DNA from: Dimorphilus gyrociliatus
Lineage: Eukaryota; Animalia; Annelida
Assembly (NCBI GenBank): GCA_904063045.1
Contig: CAJFCJ010000001.1
Location: 930,001 to 994,000 of the forward strand
DNA length: 64,000 nt
Direction of reading: 5' to 3'
Positions 1-12,424 of the stretch are shown piece by piece; the stretch's first letter is position 1, and each line of letters begins with the position of its first letter. The notes under the pieces were generated by a model, which worked only from the letters and a program-made list of their open reading frames with translations, did not search any database and was not told the origin of the DNA. The translations under genes and the position numbers were made by a program.

Positions 1-49
1 TACATATCCTATAAATATATTTTAATATAATAATTACTGCAATAAATAG

Positions 50-561
50 GAAGCCGGATGCTAGAAAACAGAAAAATGGTTATCCTCCAAATTTTATACA
101 TTCTTTAGATTCTACACATATGATGTTGACAGCTTTACAGTGTTTTAGAGCCGGAAGGACATTTGTATCAGTGCATGACTGCTATTGGACACATGCAGCA
201 GATGTGTCCGTAATGAATAAGGTTAGCTACTACCTATTATCAGTGAAGTATTAAAATTGAACTGTAAAATCATATATCTTTTATTAGATTTGCCGTCAGG
301 AGTTTGTTAGATTACATAAATATCCTATTCTTCATAATCTATCGGAACAAATGACAACTAAATCCTCTGTCGTTGGGTTTAATGTGAATCAAAGAGAAAT
401 TTTCGACGATGTAATGAAAGCAGTATTAAAGGATGTACCGGAAAAAGGTTGATAATTTATTATATTTTTCTTGCGCATTGTAAACATTTATACCTTAACT
501 TTGCTATTTAGGTGACTTCAATCTTGACAAAGTTCTGGAATCTGAATTCTTTTTCAGTTAA
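50..561 (+). CDS. POLRMT: Mitochondrial T7-like DNA-directed RNA polymerase, 3' end (last three exons 50-221, 288-447, 512-561; 5' part lies outside the window)
   Basis: Not in the ORF track. Manual splicing at GT-AG gives [57 protein letters not shown]|[10 protein letters not shown]...VPEKG|[15 protein letters not shown]. This contains the PPNFIHSLD and VHD motifs and the typical terminal FFS. Confidence 0.96.
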
Positions 562-1682
562 AGATGAATTACGAAATATTATTTTCTCAGAATAATATGC
601 AAATACGCCCGTATTTTTTTCCTACCAATGTCAGTTTGACGGTTTTATCTAGCGTGCAAAAATTGGTCAATTGCCGTTATTCCGTCCTAATACAACCTCA
701 GCAAAAATAAAAAACAATCTTGTTAAGAATCGTTCTGTAATTAATCGTTTGTTTTGTATATTTGTTAATATATTTTAATAGGAAATATATCTTTACAAAA
801 TTTTATAAATGAACAAAAATAAAAGGAAAGTTTATAACATTTTAACGTTTTTTTTGTCGTAGAATGTTTAAGTAAAATTAATAAAAGTCTATCGATTTCC
901 CTTGCATACTAGAGCAAATATCTCAAGAATTTTTCTACTGTAATCAACAAACTAAACGAAAATTGATCTTTTATCAACTAATTCGATAGAGGGGAAAAAA
1001 AGGCTAAAGAAATCGTTGAGTTCCCCGAAAAAATAAACCTAAAAAAAGGCAGTACAATGATAAATACAACATTCTTTTATATATATTATACTATATATAT
1101 ATGATATATTCATTCAATGTTTATCAAGTATAAACTACATTTGAAACCGATTCTGGACAGGTTTTACAAGATAAAGTTTTTTTCTTTAGTATTTGGCAAT
1201 GTAAATTGATAATCATTTTTCTTATTAAATATTTATAAAAAAAAATCAAAAGTTATGGACTAGACTCAATGAATATATTATTGTAAATCCATTTCCAACA
1301 ATATCCTAAATTAATAATCATTCTGATTTTAGTTCGCCTACTATATTGTTTTTTTTAAAAGATAATGAAAATCTTTATATAAATAGTAAATCCCATCTGC
1401 GTAATATAAATTTTTAGATATCTAAATATACAGTTGCCATATAATATAATCTTTATACTGTAAGCATATTTAATAATAAATGTTTTTACCTACATTGTAC
1501 TGTATATTGTATGCAATATATTATATATCTTTCAACGTACATGCTGAATGGCTTTGCAATATCATCATTTTTATCTGCTTTTAAAAATAATTTCTAGTTT
1601 ATAGGCTTATCTGCTAATATTAATCGATTATTTTAGACTTTGTTGCCTACGATGATTTGAATGTAAAGAAATTAATTAGCTA

Positions 1683-2147
1683 TCAAAAAAATTTCTTTTG
1701 GATAATCGGACACTCGAAACCAAAAGCGAGTTGTAGATTTGTAATCACCTCAAATATATCGCAAGAAGATCTTGACTATTTATAAAGATAAGGTACAATG
1801 ATTTTTCTCTTCGAATCCGCATGTTTTCCATTGTTGTAGATGATTGTTGTATTTATTTGTTTGACAAATACTTTTTAACCTTGATTAATTAGATATTAAT
1901 ATATTTTAAAAATTGATTAGACCTTGTAACTTACCATCGGCGGTTCTCTAGGATATGTCTTAGGAAAGCAAAATTGAAATAGGAATACTGTAGGCTTTTT
2001 CTTCACAGATAAGAGGTAGATATCCGGAAGCATTTATTAATTCTTTAACTTTTGCAAATACTTTCCTTTCGGCTATATCATCCAGAGAATTTGCTAGATC
2101 AATCAGCACATTGTGTTGTGTGATCTCTAATTTTGAATATTCTAACC
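1683..2147 (-). pseudogene. Decayed TSG101/UEV-domain paralog (two exons, frameshift plus premature stop)
   Basis: Minus-strand translation: ...KELINASGYLPLICEEKAYSIPISILL(+1 nt at 1965-1967)PKTYPREPPM|GTAAG...FVKQINTTIIYNNGKHADSKRKIIVPYLYK*SRSSCDIFEVITNLQLAFGFECPII. It aligns by eye to the intact TSG101 at 32839-34207. TAG at 1776-1778 replaces the conserved Trp. Confidence 0.82.
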
Positions 2148-3841
2148 CTGAAACAGTTTTTCATGCACGGATGTCATTTTCGTCATAAACCCCCAATCTC
2201 CAGGTCGAAATAATAATCAAAATCGCAATTAATTAATGGATATTATATTTAATTACAATTGTTTAGCTTATTATATACAGTATATGTAATTTCTAACAAT
2301 TGTATGGTCTGCAAAGTACCACCTTTGTAACTAATTTCAAGCTTATATAACCAGAGTTCAAACGTTCATGCATTCAAATGAAAGAGATTAGCATAAGAAA
2401 ATAAACATTGAAGTGGAAACCGGTCATCAAAAGAAATTAGCGTTACTTCGACTGTACTTCTCTTTCTTTTCTGTCCTCTTTTGGTTAAAGTATGTAAATT
2501 TCCTTTAGTGCTCTATATTAAGTTTATTGGAAGTTTTTTGTTTAAAACATTAATAACAATAATAGAATCCATTTCAATCAGCGAATTCTATTTCTTAACA
2601 ATAACAGTAAATTTTTTTGCAATTTAAAATAATGATTTTATTTTCAAAATGTCTATATAAGATCATCTAATGAAATCTAATCTATTTTTTATCTATATAT
2701 AAAATTAATTTAAGTAATAATAGTTTACTTTTAATTACATAACTTGCTTTAATTAACAATAAATCGAAAATTTAATGTTTTTTTTTTTACTTTGAAGGGA
2801 GAACCTTCGATGTTCTTTTCTATTTCCGGCATTTCTATAAAAATGAAGATTTATATAAAATGTTCTTAATATAATCATAATAATAATGAATAAGAAACAA
2901 ATATATTTTTAACCTTCTTTATTATGATTTGTTTTTATTAAATTTGTAATTTTACTATTTTTATTTTTCTGACCATTCTTAACATCACGCTTTATGTTTT
3001 GTTTTAACGGTAGTTAAAAGTTACGCAGCGCCACCTATTATTTCCCTTGATTTTTCGATTCATTTTTATTTTATAAAAACCCGTTTTACTACTCTATTTA
3101 ATTCGGAAGAGCAGTCTTTGTAAGGAAAAAATTAAGGTCTAGAATAATTAATCTTTTTTATTACTCATTATAAGAAGTGAAATTACTTGGTCTCATTTTT
3201 TGTGAAAGATATTGATGAGGCACACGGATTTCCCTTTTCTGTGAATGTATTGAGCTATGGTAGTTTGTACTTAGAAGATTTCAAGGTGATATATATCCCC
3301 TATGTTTTGCTACGTGGTAGGAGCATCTCTATTTTTCTTTCATTTCAAGTAAAAACAACCTTTTTTATGGTGAAAACAAATATCTTAGGGGAAACTATGT
3401 AAGCTTCTACGAAAGAATGTTCCTAAAAGAATATTTTATATTCGATGTTCAATTGTTCTGTGTTTAGACTAAAAAGAAACGTCCTCGTTTTTCTTATTAT
3501 AAAATTATTCTGCGTCATAATTAATTACTGATACGTTCAAAAAAAATAATAATCTTAGAAGATACAGGTCATGAGGGTCATACACAGACTATGAGAATCA
3601 AACAAAATCTACTTATTACTGTCATGATTAGACTGTTTCTTTCTTTTGATTGTGAATTATCTAGAAGACCAAAGGTAGAGAATTCTTTTCATTTTAGTAA
3701 GTATGAAAAAAGATTAGAATATAATATGTTTATTGGATATTTTAAATTAAATTTATTTGTTTCTCAAGTTGATTGGAAAATAAAGAAATTGAGTGAATTG
3801 AGTAAGAATTTTTCTATTTGAAATATTAAATCCTTGATTAA

Positions 3842-4672
3842 ATGTACTTAGAAAGTAGTTTCTTGTTAAATATAGTAAAACTTTATCAGTTTCCTAAAAT
3901 ATCAGTTACTATCAGATATAGTAAATATTTCCTTCCAATTCTTTTCAAATTTCAATACTATAAGAATAATTCACTAAAGACCTTTAATAATAGAATGCTA
4001 ACAGATAATATATTCTCAATAAATGCAAATTATTCAACAACTTATTGGATTAATTCAAAGACAAGGTTTAAGAAAAGCCTCGCAAGGAGAAAACGTCCAA
4101 AGATACGTCAGAAAGAAATATCGGAAAAAAATCAAAATATACATATAGTTCAACAAGTTACAAGACCTAAAATACGTATATCTGATGATAAGTTTGGTTT
4201 CCCAGATCCGAAATCGATAATGCCTTGGCTTTATAAATCAACAACAAAGAAATTAAATATAGCAGCCACATCGAAATCTTCAGTTATGATAAGTACTGAG
4301 AAACTTAATATGACAGCTCTAAAACTAGAATTACAGAGTAAAGATATCTTGCAGAATCTTTTTGATTATAATATTAGAGGCCATGAATATTCCTTAGTCT
4401 TATATAAGAAACAAGGATCAAATCACAAACTTGAGTGATTTCTTAAAACACCAATTAATGGATTTTTTCCCATTTTTTATTAGTCATAAAAAATTCTCTT
4501 TTATTCATGGTCTTTTATAGGCAAAGTAATGATAATATTTGTAATAACGAGCAGCTGTGTTCTCGGTGGATCAATCTATGCTGTTGTTATTATCTTATAT
4601 TTTAAACAGAAAAAGCTGTTGACGAGTAGCTCCACTATAACAATAGATTCATGGTCAGATGGTGGTGAATGA
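3842..4672 (+). other. Unidentified coding-like locus: 198-codon open frame plus a downstream transmembrane/tail segment (orphan single-pass membrane protein or pseudogene)
   Basis: A 198-codon stop-free frame in very AT-rich DNA with an RRKR furin-like site and an S/T/K-rich stretch. It is followed by a GT..AG intron candidate (4435-4483) and a hydrophobic segment (VMIIFVITSSCVLGGSIYAVVIILYF-KQKK), ending TGA at 4670-4672. No family recognised. Confidence 0.35.
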
Positions 4673-7399
4673 ATTATCTGACATTTTTATTTAATAAGAA
4701 CAACAGAAATATTTGCCAAAACTTAATAAATCTCTTCTGTCGATAAAGAAGATAAATTTCATTGATTGCAGACTAATGTGTTTAAAAATGCATAGAAATA
4801 TTTTTTATATGAAGGTAATATATTTTTTATACAACAAAAAAGAAATTACATTAAATTTTTCTATCTAATCAAAAACAATTGAAGTTGTTTTTTTTTGTTT
4901 TTTGTACATCAAGAACCTTTGCACCCTTTAACTTAATCAACGTCGAAGTTACCACTTATCTAGCATACATGCTATAAATAATCTTTCTTACATGCTTTCC
5001 CTTTCCACACAATTAATGACTGCCAGAAATTTTATTAGACTTGACATGAAAGTTATTTTAGGAACGGATCATATAACCAGAGCTAAAGAAAGTTGATATA
5101 AAAGTATAGGGAATTACTAGATAAATGCATAGTGAAAGGTATTTTAATTTTTGTTAAAACTCATGAAAAAATAATCGTAGACGTTGTAACTTATTTATAA
5201 AATTTTCTTAAAATATGAGATCTTCCATAATTTATAGGAAAAATTTTATCATTAATTTTAATATTGATGACTCGTCTTTGTAATTCTCATTGATAAATCC
5301 ATTTAGTCTTTCCACTAAGTCCTGAGTAGTTTGTCCTAAGTCTTTTAGCAGTTTTTTTCCCCCTTATATTCAATACATTAAACCCCTCTTATTCCGTTAT
5401 CAAATATTTTATAGAAGATATAATAAATAGAAAGATATTAGTTATTTAAAAAAACAATTGAAAGAATCCTACCCTACACAGACAGGTTATGAATATTTTT
5501 AATGTACCTTTTTCTATTTTTTTCAGACTTATTATCAATTTATACTTTCTCACTGAAAACATATATGTTCATTAAATGATGAATGAGACTGCAAAGAAAA
5601 AACTATTGTAAATCATCTTTGGTCTTATTCTCTAAATTGTATAGATGCTTTAGAGAAGATTCAAGTAATCAATCATCGGTCGATAGCTAATCTTCAAATG
5701 GGAAAATATTGTCATAATTTTCTTTCTTATAATATTTCGTTATTAAATTACATAGATATTCAAAGAATTCTCTTTTATTATTATATGATTGATGTTTTAC
5801 AATATTCCTTTATTATTATGTACTGGATATAACTATCCTGCTGGAGTATCTATATTTCATTAGAATTGAGCAAAACTATTTAGATATATATAATATATAT
5901 TTATATTTTGCAAATAAAAGGTTCAATTTCTTTTTTCCATATGAAAAACAGGAAGTAGACTGCAAAAAAATATTGCTGTCGAAAATCTATAGAATGTTCT
6001 GGCTCATATTACTTTTCGTCTAATTCTGCAAAAAGGGATAATCGAGTATACATTTGAAATCAATGTAAACTTTTACAGCTCAAGTTGCAATATCTTGTAG
6101 ATTATAAAAACGCGTAAGATAATCAATTGTTACTTAATTAGTGGAATGATAATGCGCTTATAAATATTCTTGAAATAGATACTTAAGGCATTTCCTGAGG
6201 ACTCCTTTAATGTATCTAAGGTATTGTTTATTTTCTTGTAGTGTCTTCCTTTGTCTTAACAGTTGAACACTTCCATATTTTATTATCGAAATAGACAAAA
6301 CTGTAAGTTTCTTGCCGAGTGAAATGCCAGGAAGATCTTCAGAATAGTTTAAAGTTCTAATTGAGATGCCGTAACCTTCAGCGATAATTGCTAAAAGACA
6401 TTATTGGTTTCTTTTTGCTCTTTTCCTATTTTAACATTCTCTATTTATATATCAAATGGGATTTATTAATAGATATCTTTGTAAATTAAACAGGAATTTT
6501 AAGGTTACTAAACTCAACTTTGAAGGTTAGAATCTTTGGTAATATAATACTTTAATATTGTCAAAGAGAGATGATAAATATTGTACACTTTTTTCTCATT
6601 ATCAAAATTGCAATATTCTGTTGGAGATAATTTTTTAACTTAGTGTTATAAATGATGCACAATAGACGATTTAGTAAATTTTCACTAAGTGTCCCTTTAG
6701 AAACCCAAAACCATACTTTGACATTTTGGACAATTCGGATTTGGATCACAAATTATATTTATAAAATAGATCATGTAAACAACCACGAAGGACAGAAGTT
6801 TCTTTCTTCTATGATATGCAATACAAAATCTGAAATTCTCTTTTTTTTTCTTTTTATTCTCCTATTGTAAGAGATAAAAAATGCTTTTGTCTACATTTTA
6901 GTTTGTTCATTTGGTCAATGAAAATTATTGGCGATTTAGATGAAGACTGCTTAGTAAATGTACGATTTAGTTTGTAGAGTTGAATTGAGAAGACAATACA
7001 ACCTTAAATTTTTTAACAGATTAATATTATGTTTAATAATTTAAACTCATCGATAAGGAAGGTTTCAAGTTTATTCTAGGTTAATCGAACTATTTAAGGA
7101 GAATTCTCTATCCTCAAAAAGTATTTACGCATTACTCTAACTACTATACAGTATATCACTTAAGTCATCATTTTCAATCTATTTTCAACATTTCTCTAAG
7201 AGTAGTAATTTATGTTTAAAAATCGTTGTGTTTCGAACAACAAGACCATCGTCAGGGTTGGCATAATCTCTAAGATAACCGGTTTTTTTTATTTTTGCCT
7301 TTATCCATCTAAAAATATCATCATTTAGAATGTTATTAACAATCTATAATTCTTATCCTACTTTTATCTCTTTTGGGTTATACATAAAAAATATATTGG

Positions 7400-7417
7400 A
7401 TATATATATATATATAT
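7400..7417. repeat. (AT)n microsatellite
   Basis: Direct reading: atatatatatatatatat. Confidence 0.9.
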
Positions 7418-8636
7418 TTTATATAGGACTTGAAAGAAACCTCTAGTTTCTTTCTTTATTTTCGTTATGAAAGTAGAAATTAAACTTAAATATTTATCAG
7501 ATAAAAAAGTTTACCTAAAAATATCTCAGATATTTCTTTGTTAAAAAGTTGTTTGTCATCTGTTTCTAACCAAAGTGAATGTAATCCGCTTATCTATAAA
7601 AATAGATAAAATTTGTCGGAATTAGATAGTTATATTGAATAATTATATACTAAAATATAAAAAGTGCTATGTTTTTACTTAATTTTCCTCATCGATTCTA
7701 ATAGATTTCTTATTTGAGGCATACATTCGTCCTTTATGACATTGAACCACAATAGTAAATCAATAAATCTATTAAAAGGGGTTTTTAGTATGACCTTTTA
7801 TCTCCAAATTTATGGTTGTAATCTTGAAGTTAACAATCAGGATCTTTTTTTTTTATCTAAACTAACATCTGGCGTAGACAATAAAAAGAGAAACGAATTA
7901 AATATAGTTTTAATGTTTATAAAAAAAAGAAAATACTGAATCGTATACAGTAAAAACTCGTCTTTGTTAAAAGGGGCAGGAGAAATGTTAATGGATGAAA
8001 GACTAATAAAAGATTTTAGTAATAACCACTTACAATTCAAGATAGGAAAAAGATATTTCAGTTTTTTTTTTCTTTTTTCAGATAAGCTATTGTTTCGTAA
8101 AAAAGGATTCTACAAGCTTTTCCACAAGAGTGATTACATTTGCCCTATAAATGAAAAGAGAGAGAAGAAAACTCTTTATGAAGTTTTATAATAAGTTGTT
8201 ATTTCACTTTTATCAAAGAAGAATTATTGAAAAAAGGTTTTTTATTTCTCCATGAAAATTTAAAGGGTAAAGTTTTTTTAGCGTAATATAACTTGTATAA
8301 TAACTAAAATTTTATCTATGAAACAAATATCAATGTTAACCTCTTTAAATATTCTATTCTTTTTCAGGTTATGAATTTGTTTTTATCTTATAATAGATAA
8401 ACTCTTTTTAAAATGACTAAGCATAGATTTTATGAATAGTTTACAAAAAAAAAAAAAATACCCCTTCCTCTTCTCTGTCGTAAAAATAAAAATAAGGCCT
8501 TAATAAACATACTTAAGAAAGGAAAAAAACCACATAAATTCCATTCACTTGTAGTAGTAGTTAAATACTGTTAGAATAAAGTGTCATGCGCACATATAGC
8601 AAAACAAAATGTGTATTATATTTAAATATATATGTG

Positions 8637-8664
8637 TATGTATGTATGTAGTGTGTGTGTGTGT
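8637..8664. repeat. Compound (TATG)n/(GT)n microsatellite
   Basis: tatgtatgtatgta followed by gtgtgtgtgtgtgt. Confidence 0.85.
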
Positions 8665-9516
8665 TTATATATGATATCTATAGTATTTACTAAGTAAAAT
8701 TTGGTGCTCTTGAGGTTATTATAAGCCTAATCTATGAATTATTTTTAAAAGATATAAAAGAGATATATATAATAATACAGACTATACATGTATAGAGAGT
8801 GATAGATATGTATTAATTACGTTATTAGAATATATTAACCTCATTTCAATCTTAACAGATATCTTTTGTATAGAAAATGTAAATAGTCAAGACATATAAG
8901 ATTTACCCCCCACTCCCTCCACTCTCCCTCAAAATATAAATTATATATATATATATTAATATATATATATATTAGTATTTATAAAAAAAAAGTGTTCAAT
9001 TATAAAGACCTGACAACGACCACAAAACAAATTGTTATAAATAGGTTGAATGTGAAATAAAATGCAATTAAAATAATCGAATAGTGTATTATCTTAATAG
9101 AAAAAACAAGATACTGTATTCCGTAAAAAAATAGCAGATTGTTATACTGGCAAGATGTTTTATAAACCTATAAAAATGTACAGCATTTCCTATATTCCTT
9201 GGGTACTTGTTGACCAATTTTACACATATATACAGTATATATGTATACATATATACACTAATATATACATATTTTATATGTAATATATAAGAACAATTAG
9301 TAGTTGCTACGTATATTGCTTCTAGTTATTATATACTGTATATATGTATAATTTAGAAGACGGATATGACTAAACTGTCTGTATTTATACGAGATGGATT
9401 AAAAGTATACTGTTAAATTATGTTTAATTATTCTATCTATATACAAATTGCTATGTCTCTTATCTCTGAATGAGTGCAGAATTATAAATTATGTAAATTA
9501 TTGTGGGCAGCCTCAA

Positions 9517-9586
9517 CCCCCCCTCCTTCCCCCTCCCCCCCAATCCCCACTCTTATTCCTTCTTCCTTCTTTCTCTTCTCTCTCCC
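9517..9586 (-). repeat. Polypyrimidine/polypurine tract with a four-G-run (G-quadruplex) motif on the minus strand
   Basis: Plus-strand C runs at 9517-9523, 9529-9533, 9535-9541 and 9545-9548 with short spacers, followed by a CT-rich tail. Confidence 0.75.
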
Positions 9587-10412
9587 AACTACATAAATTT
9601 TTCATAGCCTATTGAAATATTTAACAAAATGAAATATAAATTTATATATAAATAGATAGATAAAATATCATTCAATCTTTAACAATTTCAACTGTATACT
9701 TAAACTCAAAATTGCTTTAATTACGTAATTTCATTGTATCAAATGACTGTAGGCCCAAGTGGTCAAACAATGTGTTCGTTTAGTAATAAAATCCTTTTAA
9801 ACCCGACATGAATAATTCCAAACTGTTACTATACTATTTAAAAATTGCATATATTGCTTTTAAGAATTTTCTACTATTCAATTTTTATTTGTCAGTAGAC
9901 TTTTTTAAAAGCCGGACGTCTGAAAGAGGAAATTATACCAAACTCCAAAAACTTGGTTATTTGCTTATATTCAAAAAAGAAAAAGAATATAAAAATTTAA
10001 AGAATTCATAAGAACCTTCGATAAGTTGGGTTTTTTGTAACTGACGTATCTATAGATTTATGAAGAAAAAACGTTATCGATTAGCAAACAAAGAGTTCAA
10101 ATAAATCGAGTACAAAAAATATTGAACACAGTTAGAGACAATAAATACGAAGATAATCTAATCTTAGTCCCATATTATTTTAATACGGTTATTATTGAGA
10201 ATTTAGCGAGTTAGCTACATCTATGGTAATAGATATGTGCATCACACAGCCATGAATAAGGATCTCTTGTTTATAATAAGAACTTTATTATATTTATAGA
10301 TTTCTTCTCTTCCACTTGCTTTTCTCTCTTCTTCCCAATTGTAGATGTGATTTCAGAACAAATTATTAAAAACAAGGCAGATTTAATGATAAAAGGTTTC
10401 CACCAGGAACAT

Positions 10413-11916
10413 TCACAGATAAACCAGAACTGTTCCTTTAATAGTTGCTCTACAATAGGGACACAACGAAGTCTCTTCACTGATAATGTTTATTGAACAT
10501 TCGTTGCAGGCGATAAGATGTTTGCAGGGCAAAAATAGTGTGTCTCTTTTTTTCGAAAAGCATAGTTTACACAAACCCTGTTCGTCTTCCTTATTGATAT
10601 CTTGCATATCTATTGAAAACATTTCTAGTATCAAAAATTGATAGCAAAACGATTTATTTTTCATTACCTTGAGGTAAGATATTAGTTTCTTGAATTGATA
10701 TAGCTTCCTCATTTAACGAAACGTTTTGCATTTCTTCATTCATTCTCTCTCTTAATCGATCCTGAAGGTATTTGCAGTTTCGGTGGTGTCTTTTATATTT
10801 TTAACAAATGGTAAGAAAGAATATTAGAAAGATTAATATAGGAATTAAATAAGCATTCTTACCGTTCATGTTCTCTTAGAGGATCGTCTTGTGGTTCCCA
10901 ATTAAATAATCTCAAACCGCACCAAAAGCATTGTACAATATCGTATGTCCCTTCTAGGAAAAGAAAAATCGAAATTTATAGTAACTATATAATGACTGAT
11001 ATTTTCTAAGAATAGAAATACAATACTTAGAAAAAAGAATCCCGCCTTGGCTAAATCTTTTGGTTTTTGAGGTATCGATGAAGACCAATATTCGAATGTT
11101 TCTAAGCGCTTTATGAATAAACTTTTCGATGGAGTTCCTGGTTTCATATTTGAATATGCAATCTCCTCTGAAGAAATTTTCTCTAACATTGGCTGATCGT
11201 TAACGCCCAGTACCTCAGCAGCACTTTCAAACACGTGTATACCCATTTTCGGTTGATGATTCTATAAAATAGGAAACATAAAATTTTAATAGAAATTTCC
11301 TCGTGATTAATAACGAAATTGACTCATATCCTACCATTTTTACTATATTTTCATCAAAATTGTTAGTCACCATTGGACAATTTTCACTATGCCTCGCATG
11401 TTCCCCTCTCACAGTATCTGATGAATTCCATGATGTCAAGACTACTAAACAATAAACACACTGAACTCTATCAGACTCCTCAGGACCAATAAACACAAAA
11501 CCACATTTTGCAAGCTCGGGCGGACTTTGTGCATTTTTAGCTGACCAACTAATGAATGTCTTCAATCTATTAGATACAATGCTTAGATCTGCCTTTTGTA
11601 AGACTTCATTCACATTTATTGTAAACGGTTGAACATCTTGATGTAGATATTGACTATTATGAGTAATGTATAGTTTGTTAGCATTTGAACATTTTGGAGA
11701 TTCTGTTAAATGTTTCTTCAAAACTGCTTGCTCATTAAGAGTGTCTTCAATAGTCCAATCATTCACTACTAATTGACAACAATAGCATTTTATTTCAGTT
11801 CTTCTCCCAGTAAAATAAAATCCCATTATTGATAAATTCTTAAAGTTAAAATTTGAATGGGGAAAGAACGAAAAAGTGTTGAATCTATCAATGGTTGTTG
11901 AATAGTCATTGTCCAT
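10413..11916 (-). CDS. Inhibitor of apoptosis protein (three BIR domains plus C-terminal RING; XIAP/cIAP/DIAP2-like), multi-exon
   Basis: BIR1 CYCC...H...C; BIR2 CVYC-x16-H-x6-C; BIR3 assembled over introns as RLETF...GFF|GTYDIVQCFWCGLRLFNWEPQDDPLREHER|HHRNC; terminal RING CKLC...PCKHLIACNEC...CPYCRATIKGTVLVYL*. Confidence 0.93.
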
Positions 11917-12406
11917 TTTAGGAGGGTAATATAGTGTTGATTCTTTTTATAGGAAATTATACTTTTTTTAATTTATCTGTAACGATAAAAAGGCAAATAT
12001 AGAAAATTATCATTAGTTTGTTTAGTTGAAAAAGAACATTGTCGTGTATTTAACATAGAAAAGGTGAAAATATTATATTATATATATTGTATAATTAACA
12101 AAGAGAGTTCTACCCTTTGTTATTCGAAGAAGTGTGTTAGTATAGAAATATATTTCTCCTCAGTCAATTCAATAACAAATAACGACACCAAGACTACGTA
12201 AAAATACATCTAAATGAAAATTTTGTAGAGAAAATAGATAATAAGATAGAATTACAGCGTGAAAGGTAAAATACAACTAGTTTAGTTCGTAGTTCTAAAG
12301 ATCGACGTTTCGTTAGAAAACATTCTTTCCTCTGCAAAAACAGGTATTTTAGGTAAATTAAAAGAGATCGTTGACAAATATTCCAACATATTATCTTTTT
12401 TTTCCC

Positions 12407-12424
12407 ATATATATATATATATAT
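12407..12424. repeat. (AT)n microsatellite
   Basis: Direct reading of an uninterrupted AT run upstream of the IAP gene. Confidence 0.85.

Noticed and set aside
50-561. Phage-like (T7-type) RNA polymerase as a viral insertion
   Set aside because: It has spliceosomal introns and the motifs and terminus of nuclear-encoded mitochondrial POLRMT, so it is an ordinary host gene.
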